Assembly (NCBI GenBank): GCA_951406725.2
Contig: OX597822.1
Location: 82,770,001 to 82,834,000, forward strand
DNA length: 64,000 nucleotides
Source of the DNA: Octopus vulgaris
Lineage: Eukaryota
Direction: 5' to 3'
Positions 39,500-52,125 of the stretch are shown here, piece after piece. The position numbers were made by a program, and so were the translations under genes. Position 1 is the first letter of the stretch. Every line of letters starts with the position of its first letter. A model generated the notes under the pieces. It was not told the origin of the DNA. It worked only from the letters and a program-made list of their open reading frames with translations, and did no database searches.

Positions 39500-41300
39500 G
39501 AGATGTGGTTCGAATTACAGCCCTCGGTCCGTTGTGTGGTAGCAGACGTACCGCAGCGAGCAAAAGATTTTTTTTTTCATCTGGGTTTTCGAGATTGTCT
39601 CAGTCACGATATCTGTTTGCTGGACAGTTTCAGATCACCTGGTAAACCGATTAATGCAGGTTAATACTGAGGTGAAATTCCAAGAAGGAAGCATTAGAAC
39701 AATAAAACGAATGTGAATGTGCTAAAACCATGTGATGGAACGGTGTCTCCCGACTTTTGATTCCATTCACGACTGAATATTCTGTCGAGACAAGTCCAGA
39801 CGAAACTGATCGATATTAAAATAGCCATCGATGTATCATTTAATATACATACACTGTCGATAGGTCAGTTACTGCCATGTTTATCTTGAGATAACATCTC
39901 TTAAGGACTAACTGTGATAAAAACACAACAAATATCAGAGAGCGGGTGGGGAGTCATCCCAGTAGCGCCCAACAAAAGTACGAGACGCTATTTGGGGCCT
40001 TTTCAATAGCGCTTAATTAGACCTTGTCACATACCTGAATGAGAATTCATTGTCTCTGATATAGAAAAACGTGAATAAACATTCGTTGATGAAGGTCGAA
40101 ATGCATCTGGCGCTCTCGCTGGCCGCTGCTGGGTCAAATTTTCATTTCGCTATATTTATTGTTTCCTAACAAAGCAACTCCAGAGATGTTATCTCTTGTC
40201 AAATACTGCAGTAGCTGGCATATCAACAGTGTATATACATTAAGTATGATACATTGATGGCCATTTTAATTAAATACTGTCTCAGTTGCGTATGCCGGAT
40301 TTTAGGTCAATATCCATTTCGGCGTTATGTTGGCACCAGGTTGTAACGGTCAATTGAATGCAAAAAGACTTTATGACAGTGCTTCTGAGGAAGGTAATGA
40401 TTTTTGTGACCGGTGGAAACATCACACCAGTCAAGACTAGTGGATGAGGTTGTATGGGGTGGAGGGGCAGGGGGGTATACACGCTGAAAAATCAAAGAAG
40501 AGGACGGATTTCGGAAACTCAAACGTTTTCCAGACAAACGATCTGTTCAAGACCTCTGAAGGCAGATATGTAGCCAACAAGCCTTGACCGAAGGTATGAT
40601 ACTTGATTTGAGCTGGTTGGAGGCGTTTTGTGACAAAAAAGGCTGCCAAACTTCATCATCTCGCTGCTGAAGAATCTCACTGAAGGGTCCCCAAACAAGT
40701 TTAGTGGTGCGTCAGGTTTGCAGTGAATGAGTTGAGTAACCTCGGGTAACATGACTCTGACCTTCACGAACGAGGTAATACAAGCTCTCTTGAAAGGTAA
40801 TAAGATGGTTCTTTTTGTGATCCTGGAGTTTGTTTATTACTGACTGAGTGATTTCAGTATGTAACGAATGGATATTCGATTGGTTAACAGAAGAACAAAA
40901 TTCTGTGTGAAGTCCAAATACAAAATTTTTTATTATCAAAAATATATTGCCGTTGCGGCCAATGGCAGAAAAGATGTTTATCCCAAGCGAATCAGTTCAT
41001 GTACGTCCGTGGATGATGTGTATGTGTTAGCAATGATAGTGGATTATTGTAGTCGGCGAATTTCGTCGTAGCCGTGAGAGTGGCGTAAGTTTCTACAAAT
41101 AAGTAGACTTCGGCTGTATCACGACCATTGGTCAGTTACTAGACAAACGATCTTCATATACCGTAATCGTCTGTCAATGAGAGGGCGCCAAAGATAAAAG
41201 CGTTACTGACATTCCAATATATTATTTATCCCGTAAAATTAAGTTTTTTGAAACAACTGGATTTTAATGAGTTAAGAATCTGCTGGGTCTGTTGTGTTTT
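39500..41300 (-). mobile_element. Ty3/Gypsy LTR retrotransposon pol relic
   Basis: fragments LIHCKPDAPLNLFGDPS, AFFVTKRLQPAQIKYHTFGQGLLATYL (RNase H) and WCDVSTGH..YLP (integrase N-terminal region) in RH-IN order. Confidence 0.8.
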
Positions 41301-41949
41301 CGCCGGTCAGCGAATCCACTGATAAAAAAAACTTTATTCATATTTCCACCAGAGACCTAAATGGCTAATTGTTTGTTGACTTCATCAGTCCCTGACAAAG
41401 TCATGTTTGGATGGTTTAAACTTGGTTTAATGTCTGAATTGAATGAATCAAGTTCATTTCGTGTGTAGAGAGACGGTGTTTACGGACGTTGCCAATGTTC
41501 CTGTCACAAGCACAAAGGGGGATAAAACACCGCTAAAAGTCGACCAGTCCCACAAATTCCTTCAGCTCACAAAATGATATAAGAGCTGGAAAATCTAAGA
41601 TGAATTTCACTTTGTCTTTGAGTGATCGGATCCCGCCACCATTGATGAAATCACAAAGAAAAGTCAAGGAAAGAATCCCCAAAATAGCACTTAATAGGGT
41701 TGATGATAATCCAGCACTGCGTCAGATTCTGAAAAAGCTGATGAATATGCTGTTCGAATAGGTCTTCGGTGGAGTTGAAGAGTCACCCAGTTAAATGAAG
41801 ACATGAAACAAAACTCAACGCTGTTCTGCATTACGATGTCCAAAGAATATTCATGGGAACTCGGGGGGCGGGGGACAACGGTGCAGCATGTATGTGCAAA
41901 TATGTGATTTGTGGAATACGAAAACATCCGGCTTAAGTTAGAGAAGTCA

Positions 41950-43170
41950 ACTGACAAAGATTCAGCAGACTGAAGTTTCTCTCCTTCGAATCCAAATATC
42001 AGGTGATATTCCTGAACATTATCGGGAAAAAGGCGGGTAACTTGCATGAGCGACCACATCCTAGCCAGTAGAGCGTAAAACGAAATCATGTGAAGAAACG
42101 TTATTGATTGGTGCTGGCACCAAATCACTTTCTTCAACCCATCGCGGACGTTCAGGTTACAACCTATTCCAACTTCATCCTGAAAGGTGGTGTCTCCACT
42201 TACGTACACTCCAGTCTCTCTGATATTCACCTGTTTCATCACGTTATCAGCAAGAACCACTTCCAGCTTTTCTGGAACAAAGTCTCTCTCACTCATTTCC
42301 ATAAAATAATCGGCGAACCCTCTTGCTCTCCGAACTTCTGAAATCACCAGCATCTCTTCGAACATATCCTCTCCTGTACTGAGGTCAAATATCTTACTTC
42401 GCTCCTCTCCTAAGTCATCGTTTTTGATCAATGTAAAATTCACATCGCACACTGACGCGATGGGTATAGTCTTTTGTAATCTTCATTTCTTTCCATCAAC
42501 GTGTCTGAGATCGACACTCAGATATTTCAAACGTCTTTCATCTCTTCCTCATCTCCAAACCTAATCTATTCCAATCTGAATCTACTTCTGCGTCCACTGG
42601 GTCATCCGATTACTGTACCTATCGCAAACTACTCAACACATTCCCATACCACGCAACACATACACCCCACGCCCTATTCTTCAAGTCTGCTGGTCAGTTT
42701 ATACCAACTACTCCTGGCCGACTATGTGTTTCACCTGTAACCCATCACAGCCAGCTAGGTCGTGACTGAAACATTCTTTCTAGGTGTGTTCTTCTGCATC
42801 CTGCAGACAACAAGAATTCAGTGTCTTACGCACCCCTCCCCGACCAATGGTCCAATAATAGTTCTGTTCAGGCAAAAAGCAAGGTCTTAAACGCCTGGTA
42901 AAACTCAACCAACCTGCCAAATTTGGTGCTGTTTACCCAGCAACGTAATCACTACAAGACTTGCAAAAGATGACTTGGTGCTGCGTACCGCCATCAAGCT
43001 ATCCTGCTTCCAAATTGCAGACGATCCTTTTGGTATCTTGCCATAAGGAATTCTTTCCTCCACACTACAAGAACAATGGTTTTGTGAAAGGTTCTCTCGC
43101 AGACAAAGCCTAAACTTTCGCTTCCCTGTTTGCAGTCAAGTCCACACTTCACACATTTGTCAGATGTTCT
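41950..43170 (+). mobile_element. decayed LINE endonuclease/linker (CR1/Jockey group)
   Basis: KGGVSTYVHS...CSPN (APE endonuclease-like) and RSFWYL...DKA-TFASLFA remnants. Confidence 0.65.
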
Positions 43171-43179
43171 CCAATTCTA

Positions 43180-44245
43180 TCCAGTCCCATGCTGGATTTT
43201 ACTGCTCGCGCCGGAAATAATCAATTGCCACTGCGAGGCTCGCCTGCGCGATGACATGCACAACTACCGCCGACTCAACCGGATACGCACAAGGCCATCA
43301 CAGACGACCGGAAAAAATCCTGAGCGGAAGAAGCTGAGCACCTGGAGGCAGCGGCAAAGAACAATATTAGTCAAGTGTTTAAAATGCTCCACAGAACTCG
43401 TGCCGGCCCCCAGTTCAAGGCAACCCTGGTGAAGGATACCAATAGTAACATCATTACCAAGGAAACATCCCGTCTCGAATGCTGGGAGGAGCACTTCTGC
43501 CTTCTTGATCATCCACCTCTCACAATCGGTCACAGCCTAACCATCAATGCAGACACAACCTCAACCAGCTTCTCAGCTGTGCTCTTCCCGCCATTAGAAG
43601 CAGACTTCGCCTGCAATAAACCGGATTCATGCTAAATCGATCTACTGCCGACAATATTTTTGCCTTTCGTCTCATTATTGAAAGATTTCGGAGGTTTGGC
43701 TCCTTCCGACCTTTTCAACTGCGTTATCGATTAGGTTTGTGAGCGAGTTTCTGGCGTTACCTTCGAGAACTAGCACCTTACAGACCGGGAGCATGCGGAC
43801 GACACCACTCTATTCAGCAACCTGATCGACCAGCTCAGGGACACACTGACCATTTACAGAGAAGAATCAGCAAAGCTCGACCTTCTGACGTGTTGGGTGA
43901 AGACCAAACTGATGCATGTCGGACCCTCCCCTTCTCCATATTGGCCCGGACATCTACCTGAGATCCACAATCACCAACAATGGAGACCTAACCCCAGAGA
44001 TCTACCGCAGATGTAGCCTGGCTGCCGAAGGCATACACTCTTTATGGAAGCCCCTTTGACACCATTGCTCTCTCTCGGAAGACGAAGCTCCGTATCTATA
44101 ATGCATCGGTCCTCTCCGTTCTTCTCTGCGGAGCAGAAACGGGACCCCCTAACGAAGACCTTGGCAAAGAGGATCGACGTTTTCGATGGCAGAGCTCTGG
44201 AGACCATCAAGAACATCAGATGGTACCATCACGTTTCCAACGAAA
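43180..44245 (+). mobile_element. decayed RTE-clade LINE (RT and C-terminus)
   Basis: RLECWEEHF, LFNCVID, LTDREHADDTTL, KTKLM, KTKLRIYNASVLSVLLCGAET, IRWYHHVSNE. Confidence 0.85.
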
Positions 44246-44267
44246 AGCAGTTAAAATATTTTGTGTC

Positions 44268-44620
44268 GTGGCACTCTGTCGGTTACGACGACGAGGGTTC
44301 CAGTTGATCCGATCAATGGAACAGCCTGTTCGTAAAATTAACATGCAAGTGGCTGAGCACTCCATAGACATGTGTGCTCTTAACGTAGTTTTCGGGGATA
44401 TTCAGCGTGACACAGTGTGACAGGGCTGGCCATTTGAAATACAGGTACAACAGAAACAGGAAGAGTGAGAGAAAATTGTGGTGAAAGAGTACAGCAGGGT
44501 TCGCCACCACCCTCTGCCGGAGCTTCATGTGTTTTCGCTCAATAAACACTCACAACGCCCGGTCTAGGAATCGAAACCGCGAGTCCGCTGCCCTAACCAC
44601 TGGGCCATTGCGCCTCCACA
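44268..44620 (-). mobile_element. tRNA-SINE family C, near full length
   Basis: CpG-retaining copy, flanked by AATATTTTGTGT on both sides. Confidence 0.85.
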
Positions 44621-46094
44621 ATATTTTGTGTATTGCAGAAGTATAAGTAATTTATTGCAGATAAATTTTAACAAAATCTTATGTGGACCCCTAAAGGGTC
44701 CTATAGACCCTAGTTGAGAACCACTTATCTCGATCAATAAAAATAAAATAAACAAAGGGTTTGAATCACAGTTACCATTAATACAACCACCATCACCGCT
44801 ACCACAAATCAAGGGAACTTTTATGCAGTCACTGGCCTTGCTAGAAATAGGAGACAAATTTCCCTCAATTAACACATCATACCCTTTAAAATCCATCCGT
44901 AACATTGGATTATAGTTCTTGATAACCAGATGAGATGGTTACAGGTAAAATACCTTTGATCAAGGTTGAGTTGGTGTTAAATAACAATAACAACAATATT
45001 GTCACTATTATAACTCACATATCAAATAATGTTGCTTCAACATTATCTACGTAAAATTGTCGTTTCGGTTAATTATGGAACACAGTGTAAATATTATTGC
45101 TGTTTATTTTGCTTCAGATTTTACAACTAAGATGCATAACATAAATGAATACATTTATGTTACTGAATTATATATATTCCTTGCGGACTGGGGTGACAAT
45201 TTTTCCATTGGAACAAATTAGGTCGGCAATTCTTCAGATGAAGTAGGCTATAGTGACAATAAGCTGTTGTTGGTGGTGGTGTGACGATTCTACAAGTGGA
45301 GTAAAACTGTCAGGTGGGTAACGGTTCTTCAGGTGGAACAGGCCAGGAGTAAATATTCAAGTAGACATCCTAGTGCTATAATTCTCCAGGTGATCAATAG
45401 AAATATATTTAACAATTCTTTATATTCGAAAGAATTTTACTTCATGCAGTCTCATGGTCTACTGTCTCTTTATCAGAGCAAGAATTACGATTCTACACCA
45501 AATTCTGCTTATCCTTTGCATATGCTGTCCAACTTAGCGAACGAGAGTTGCCGCTATGCAACTCCTTACGCCTCTCTTGCATAGAATGTAACACTTCGGG
45601 TGAATTTTCAGATAATTTATAGTATACTCCGAATTTTCACATTAAAATCGGACTTTTCTCGAGTAATTTGCATTACTGTATATATTATATGCGTCAATAA
45701 AAAAAGAATCAAAACCAAAATTCGTTTGCAGAAATAGTCTCCAATTTTGTAAACTCCAAACTGGCTATCGTTAAAAATATGAGGAAATCGTTTAAGATAG
45801 TAAAATAAAATAGTAAACTCTGAAATCAAAAGAAGTGAAAGAAGAAATGAAGACTTAAAAATGGACGAATGCAATGGAACCAGCAGCATGGCATCTCAGA
45901 AATTTTGCAGCCAGACATAAGGAAGAAACTCCAAGCCACGAGGGAAAGTGAAATAAGCTAAAAGATAGAGCGAGTAAAGGAATGTGAGAGAGGGAAAAAG
46001 AAAGAAAGTAAGAAATTGAGTGAAGGAATCTAAAAAGGAAGAGAAAGAGAATAATGAAGAAAAGAAAAGAAAGAAATGGGTGGAGCTTAATTGT

Positions 46095-46360
46095 CTTTAT
46101 TCCGCCCCCACTTTTTTTCTTTTTCTTCTGTTGGTGGGAACGAGGCTAATGCTGCTCCTGTCTCCTTCTCCATCTGTAATTATTATGCAGCTCTCGCCCG
46201 GAAACCGGGGCGAAAATCTCGCGAGATTGAATTGCGCCGGGAGCAGGAACAGCAGCAGCAGCATCAACAACAGCAGTAGTAGCAGCAGTACAACAGCGGT
46301 AGTAGTAGCAACAGCAGTAGTGACAGCAGCAGTAGAGAAGTGGTAAGCGGCGGGAGTAAA
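46095..46360 (+). promoter_or_regulatory. CpG-rich promoter/5'UTR of the second gene
   Basis: GC box CCGCCCC (~46102), CCGGAA, perfect palindrome AATCTCGCGAGATT (46215-46228), GGCGGGA E2F-like site, then CAG/TAG triplet repeats. Confidence 0.65.
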
Positions 46361-46479
46361 GGGACAGACACAACAAACAAAGCGAGAGAGAGAGAGAAAG
46401 AAAGAAAGGAGAGAGAAGAGCAGAGAAGTGGTTCAAAATTAACAGAAAAAAGAAAAAAGAAAGCAAAGAGAGAGCGAGG

Positions 46480-46635
46480 ATGCAACATCATCAGATGACT
46501 ATGCAACAACAGCCGCCACCGCCACCGCCGCCGCCGCTTCCACCGCCGCTACAGCAGCAACAACAACAGCAGCAGCAGCGCTATGCCCCTCAGGGCCCGC
46601 CACCAATGCGGTCATTTTCGCCATCAGGATATCCA
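46480..46635 (+). CDS. first coding exon of a second gene, polyP/polyQ N-terminus (tentatively SMARCD/BAF60-like)
   Basis: ATG in CpG-rich context; MQHHQMTMQQQPPPPPPPPLPPPLQQQQQQQQQRYAPQGPPPMRSFSPSGYP followed by consensus gtaagt donor, phase 0; gene identity is inference only. Confidence 0.75.
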
Positions 46636-48453
46636 GTAAGTAATAATATATTACATATGTAATCAGGGTTTGCAAGTGGGTGGTGCGTTTGGAACTCGGT
46701 TTGTGCCAAACCAGAAGAAGAAGGAAGGAAGAAAGGAAGGAAGGAAGAACCACAGACGAAGTTGAAGAACAAGCAGACAGAGAGAGGGGGAGAGAGAGAC
46801 GGAGAGACAGAAACCTGCATAAAGGGAGAGAGAGGGAAAGAGAAAGGCCTCGCAGAGAGAGAAGGAAAGTGAAGGACTGTCTCGCATAGAGAGAGCGAAA
46901 GATATATATTTATAAAGAGAGAGAGACCCCTTACTGACAGGGAGAGAGGGCGACACAGATATGTAGATAGATATAGAGAGAGGGGGAGAAAGATACGGTC
47001 AATCAGAGAGAGAAAGAGAGAGAGAGAGGGCGAGAGAGAAGGAGAGAGAGAGAGAGACAGTCTGACATATTATAGACACACATAGACAGATATAAGTTAT
47101 TTAAGACGTGGGGAAAAATCAAGGCAAGGCTACGCGACATCTTTTATATACGACGAGGAAAAAGTCCCTTTTTTTCTGCGATGGTATCTGGACAACGAGC
47201 GGAGCCGAAAAGGAAGAAGGAATTGAAGGTTGTTAAAAAAAATCACACTCGCACACTCATCATATCTATTTTTTAATGATTTTTCAAATAATTTTATTTA
47301 TGTATTTTTTAATTTAAATTTATCTATTTATTTTCACAGTATAGTATATAAAATTACACATATATATTTAATATATATGTTTGTCTTTTTTTTTAATTAT
47401 ATAAAATTCTATTCTATTTCATAATTTGTCTCATACTTTCATATACTATCTCTGTGCTTTCGTATTTTATCTATCTCTCCCCCCTCCTTCTATAACTCTA
47501 TATCTTTCTCCTTTTCTCTCTATCCCCTTCCCATTTTCATATAATCTTATCACTCTATTTTTTAAAAATCTTTCCTCCCCTCCTCAAACTCTGTTTCTCT
47601 CACCTTCATTTATTTCCCCCCCTCTATGTATTTATCTACCTATCTATCTACGTCTTTTGTTTTGTCTTCTCTCTTACTGTTTCTCTCTCCCAGCCATCCG
47701 TAATAATCCCCCGACATTATTAAACACTCACATTACACACACACTGTGTGTGTGTATGTATATATGTATAAATACGTATATATATATATAATGTCCCTGT
47801 CTCCCTCCTCTCTTACACTTCCTATAGAAGAGCAAACACATATTGTGGCAGGAGGAATCTCTTGAAGGATGAAATAATGGGTGGATGTGTGTGTGTATGA
47901 GTGGTGAAGATCGTCACTATTATTATATAAGATTTGAATTACAATCGTGCAACGAGGTGTGGCGAGGGATGGTGATAATAATAATAATAATGGTGATGCA
48001 ATGGTGGATGGATTTTTATGCTACGATTATTCTGACCATTAATAGTTTTACATTCAAGGTCATAATTTTACAAAGGGTGGAAAGATTGGATGCTTTTAGC
48101 ATGAAATTAAATGGTTACGTCCAACAATCTCAACCGGTTCCCTGTTTATTAATTATTATTATTTTTTATTATTGATATTAAATCATTTATTAAAGGAATA
48201 ATTTTATTTTTGGTTATATTTTAAGGAAGTTATTCGGCATATATTGAATATTCAATAGTAACTTTCCGTTCCCTCTTAATTTGGATTTTAATTTTTGGTT
48301 AATTAGCTCAATATATAATTCCCCCCTGATTAAAGACGGTTGTAATACACGTGTGTGTGTGTATATATAACGTGTATATATATATATATTTTTATTTTTT
48401 TTTTCGTTATCTGGTATTTTAATTGAGGGAATTGTAAAATTAACCAACGAACG

Positions 48454-48501
<48 letters not shown>

Positions 48502-51500
48502 GCTAGTTTATATAAAATTTTCGTTAATTTTTAATTGATAATCATTATTAGATCGCCTTTTTCCCCCTGCTAATACCGTTTTATCGTAAAATTCCTTTTA
48601 AATATTAATTTCTATTCATACCTGAATGTGGGTGTGTATAAATGGAACAAAATTTTTATGAAAGTGTGTGTATAAGTTAGAACTAAATTTAACTTTATAA
48701 ATTTCACTAAATTCAATTTAGGTTATCGTTTACACACACACACACACATATGTACGTATATGTGTATTATTTATGTCCATATATTCATGTATATATCTAC
48801 TTATGTATGTATATATGTGTATATGTATGGCGATAGGTATATCAGTTGTTACATTGTCTGAATATGTATTGAATTATTTAGTCTAAGTGGCCGAATATTC
48901 CACGGAGACCGTTATCTCCAATTTATAATTTCCCAGACTATCTTCGTGACACAATTTTTGACCAGGCTGGTCATCTGTTTGAATTACAATTACAGAATCA
49001 TCTTCAATGTTTTCTACAATGCTTGGATTCTTGACAAAGATGAATAATGCCATGCAACAATAATTTAAACCGGAGGGCCTCATTATTATACACTATAGCC
49101 ATCCATATAAAATTTCTCTAACATATTTATATATATACTCTGTTTAATTATTCTGCCAAGAAATACGGATCCCATTCGCTGCCATATTCCTCTGTTAAAC
49201 TTCACGTTTCACATTTTCCATTTGTCACGTATTTAGACCTTATTTAATATCCTATTAATATCATAATTATTTGTCACAGTTGTAATAATGTTCGGTTTTC
49301 TCTAAACACCCCTTGTCCCCTTTTTATTAGGAAATTTAATAATAATTAATGACCAGTATTTAGTATCTGTTATATTTCGGTAATGTTCTTCTTGGTGACC
49401 ATGCTGTGGGTGTGATAATGTTTAATAATCTCACAGATCTTGCCCTCAACGAGTTAGCATATGTATGGTATTTATTAATAGACGTTCCAACCGTGACGTT
49501 CCGTCTTTGTGTATGTCGGCACCGTCATTGTTCGATGTATATTTATGACGGTAAGTGGGTATTGACGGGTGGTTTGGTTGCTATTTCGAACCGCTCGAAC
49601 GACCGAGTATTATAATGTTTAATCGTAGGTCAGCTTTGATCGAACAAAGCTATGATCAGAACCGTTCCAGCCATGACCATCTTGTGATTTTATATCTAGG
49701 CCTACGTTATCCAACGTGCTCCTTATTTTAAACAGGAGCGTGTAATTCAGGGTGGTATTTGGTTGTTATTTCTAACAGATCGAACGTTCATGTAGAAGGC
49801 TTCTTCGTCCTATTTTCATTAATCTCAAAACACCGGTCATCGATTTTCGTTCTACCTGCATGCCTAGCACATATTTACTTTTCTGCCTGTTTATTGATAA
49901 ATAAACAATACCTCTTCGTTATTTCCCCAATAAAATCAAAATAATTCAACAAAACGTTGCCAGTCAAGGCCAAGCTAAAGAACCACAAAACTTCATCATT
50001 AAAAGACTTCTATTCCCGCTTCAGTTCTTTCTCTTCTTCCACTTCAGACATCTTTTCTCTTGTCTCATTTCTGAAAACCTCTTTTAGAATTTGTTCTGGA
50101 TTCGGAATAATAAATACTGTATATGACATTTGTTTTATTTCGTTTTGTTTATCGAGCTTTAGTCATCATCGCCGCAAAATAAACCTTTATTTAACTGTTC
50201 CTTCTATGGTTGTTATATATTTATATATTATGTCGACCTAGAAATCCATTTACAAAACAAAACGGAAACTTCACTGGCAATTTTTCCCATCGTATTTTCC
50301 CTCTTTCTTTCTCCATTATTTTAAATTATTAAATAACTTATTCTGTAACTTTTCCTCTGATCATATATACAGTTAATGAATTCCTCAGACAAACGAAGAA
50401 TTATCAAATTCTGAGATGGATAAAGATGGTATATAAGACAGTTAATCTTTAGAGGTTTTTTTCACTCCTTTGTTTGTTTGTTTTTTTCAACTGTTTTTCA
50501 GAGGGAATTTTTTTTTTTGAAAGTTAAGATTCTTAAACAACACAAAATACATCGAGAATTCATTTCATCACACTACACTAAAAAAATAATATACATTAAA
50601 ACTAAAACATTTAGATTTTACATTCTGGATTTTGTTTTCAAAATTTGTGTGTATATATATATACACACACAATGTTTGAGTGTTCAAACGGGGGAAAAGA
50701 TTCTCGATACATGGTATTTTTATGGTATTAATTCGGTCGAACTCGGCTTATCGCTAGTGATTATAGCTTTTCACAAAACGTTATATATATATATATATAT
50801 AATATTATATATATATATATATAAACACACAAATAGGAAAATATCAGCTCGATAACTTCCAACAATTAGTAGATATTGTTTTATGGAGCTTTATTTGTTT
50901 TTGGTTTCAGAATTTAATTTAGGTCAGATTTAACAACAAAAGAAATTATAAAAGCACTCCCAATTACCAAGTTTAACTATTTTCTCAACTTCTTTCTCAT
51001 TTAATAATGATTTCTAAAATTTATTTGATGCAGTAATTGTTTTTATTTATTTATTTAACAAGGCATAAATAATTATTTCATAAAAATATTGTCTGAAAGT
51101 TCCTGAGGCAGTTAACTTCCGTTGACTTTCGATTCTTAGTCACAACCATTATTATACTTTATGGACATCACTAGTCATTCTCTGTTCTTATACACATAAA
51201 CTCGTTCTCTATTACACTGTCTGAAAGGTTTATTTTACATATTTATATATGAGTGGTTATTTATGACTGGAACATAGAAATTATGTTGGCAAATAGATAA
51301 TGAATCCGATAAAGTCCTGGTTTCGTTTTTCGGCCACTACTATTTAGATTCCGTTTCGCTCTTGTTGTTGCTTATGTACTTTATAAAACTAGGATTGTCA
51401 CTCAGTCTCGTTTCACTTACCCGTAGAAATCTTAGTATTTAGAAACTTCTTTGACGGGGATGTTGTATTGTTTCTGGGGGCAGGTATTGGTTTATGTAAA

Positions 51501-51599
51501 GACTACAGCCATAGCTCTCGACTATGAGGTCGAGCTAACAACGATGGATGTTCGTTCTGCTTGAAATAACAGCCAAATCACCGTCTTTCAAAAAAAAAC

Positions 51600-52125
51600 T
51601 TCCTTTTTTATTCTTTCAGGGTCGATAAAACCTGTATCAGTTGAGAGCACTAGGGCCGGTGTAACTGACTTGTCTCCCCCAGGCCCCCAATTTCTGGCTT
51701 TATGCCAACATTTGAAACCATTAATATTCAGACAGAGAAAGCTGGCAGAATTGTTAGAGCATTGGAAAGATGCTTTGCAGCATTTCCTTTGTTCATTCTT
51801 TTTTATGTTCTTTCAACCTTTGGGGTCGAAAAGAATAATGTACCAGTCATGTACTGGGGTCGATGTAATCGATTTCTTTCTCCTCTCAAAATTGCTGCCC
51901 TTGTGCCAATAGGAGAAAGGATTATTATTATTATTAAGGCAGCGAGCTGGCAGAATCGTTAGCGCGCTGGACGAAAAGCTTAGCAGTATTTCGCCCGTCG
52001 CTACGTTCAAATTCTGCCGAGATCGATTAAATAAGTACCAGTTGCACACGGAGGGTCGATCTAATCGACACACCCCTCCCCCAAAATTGCTGCCCTTGTG
52101 GCACAATTTGAAACCATTATATTAC
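51600..52125 (+). mobile_element. three tandem SINE family B copies
   Basis: repeated GGTCGATAAA..TACCAG..GGGGTCGATGTAATCGA..CCTTGTGCCAA units separated by (ATT)n tails. Confidence 0.8.

Noticed and set aside
40086-40110. TTGATGAAGGTCGAAATGCATC hammerhead-like string
   Set aside because: No stem II or convincing stem I; lies antisense within the Gypsy relic.
41691-42452. Longest ORF in the track (253 aa, minus strand)
   Set aside because: No recognisable domain; it is antisense to a decayed LINE endonuclease region and is most likely a shadow ORF.
46020-46346. Upstream ORFs with poly-S/poly-Q and a GTAAG at ~46343
   Set aside because: They span promoter motifs and triplet repeats with no credible start context; better explained as promoter/5'UTR.
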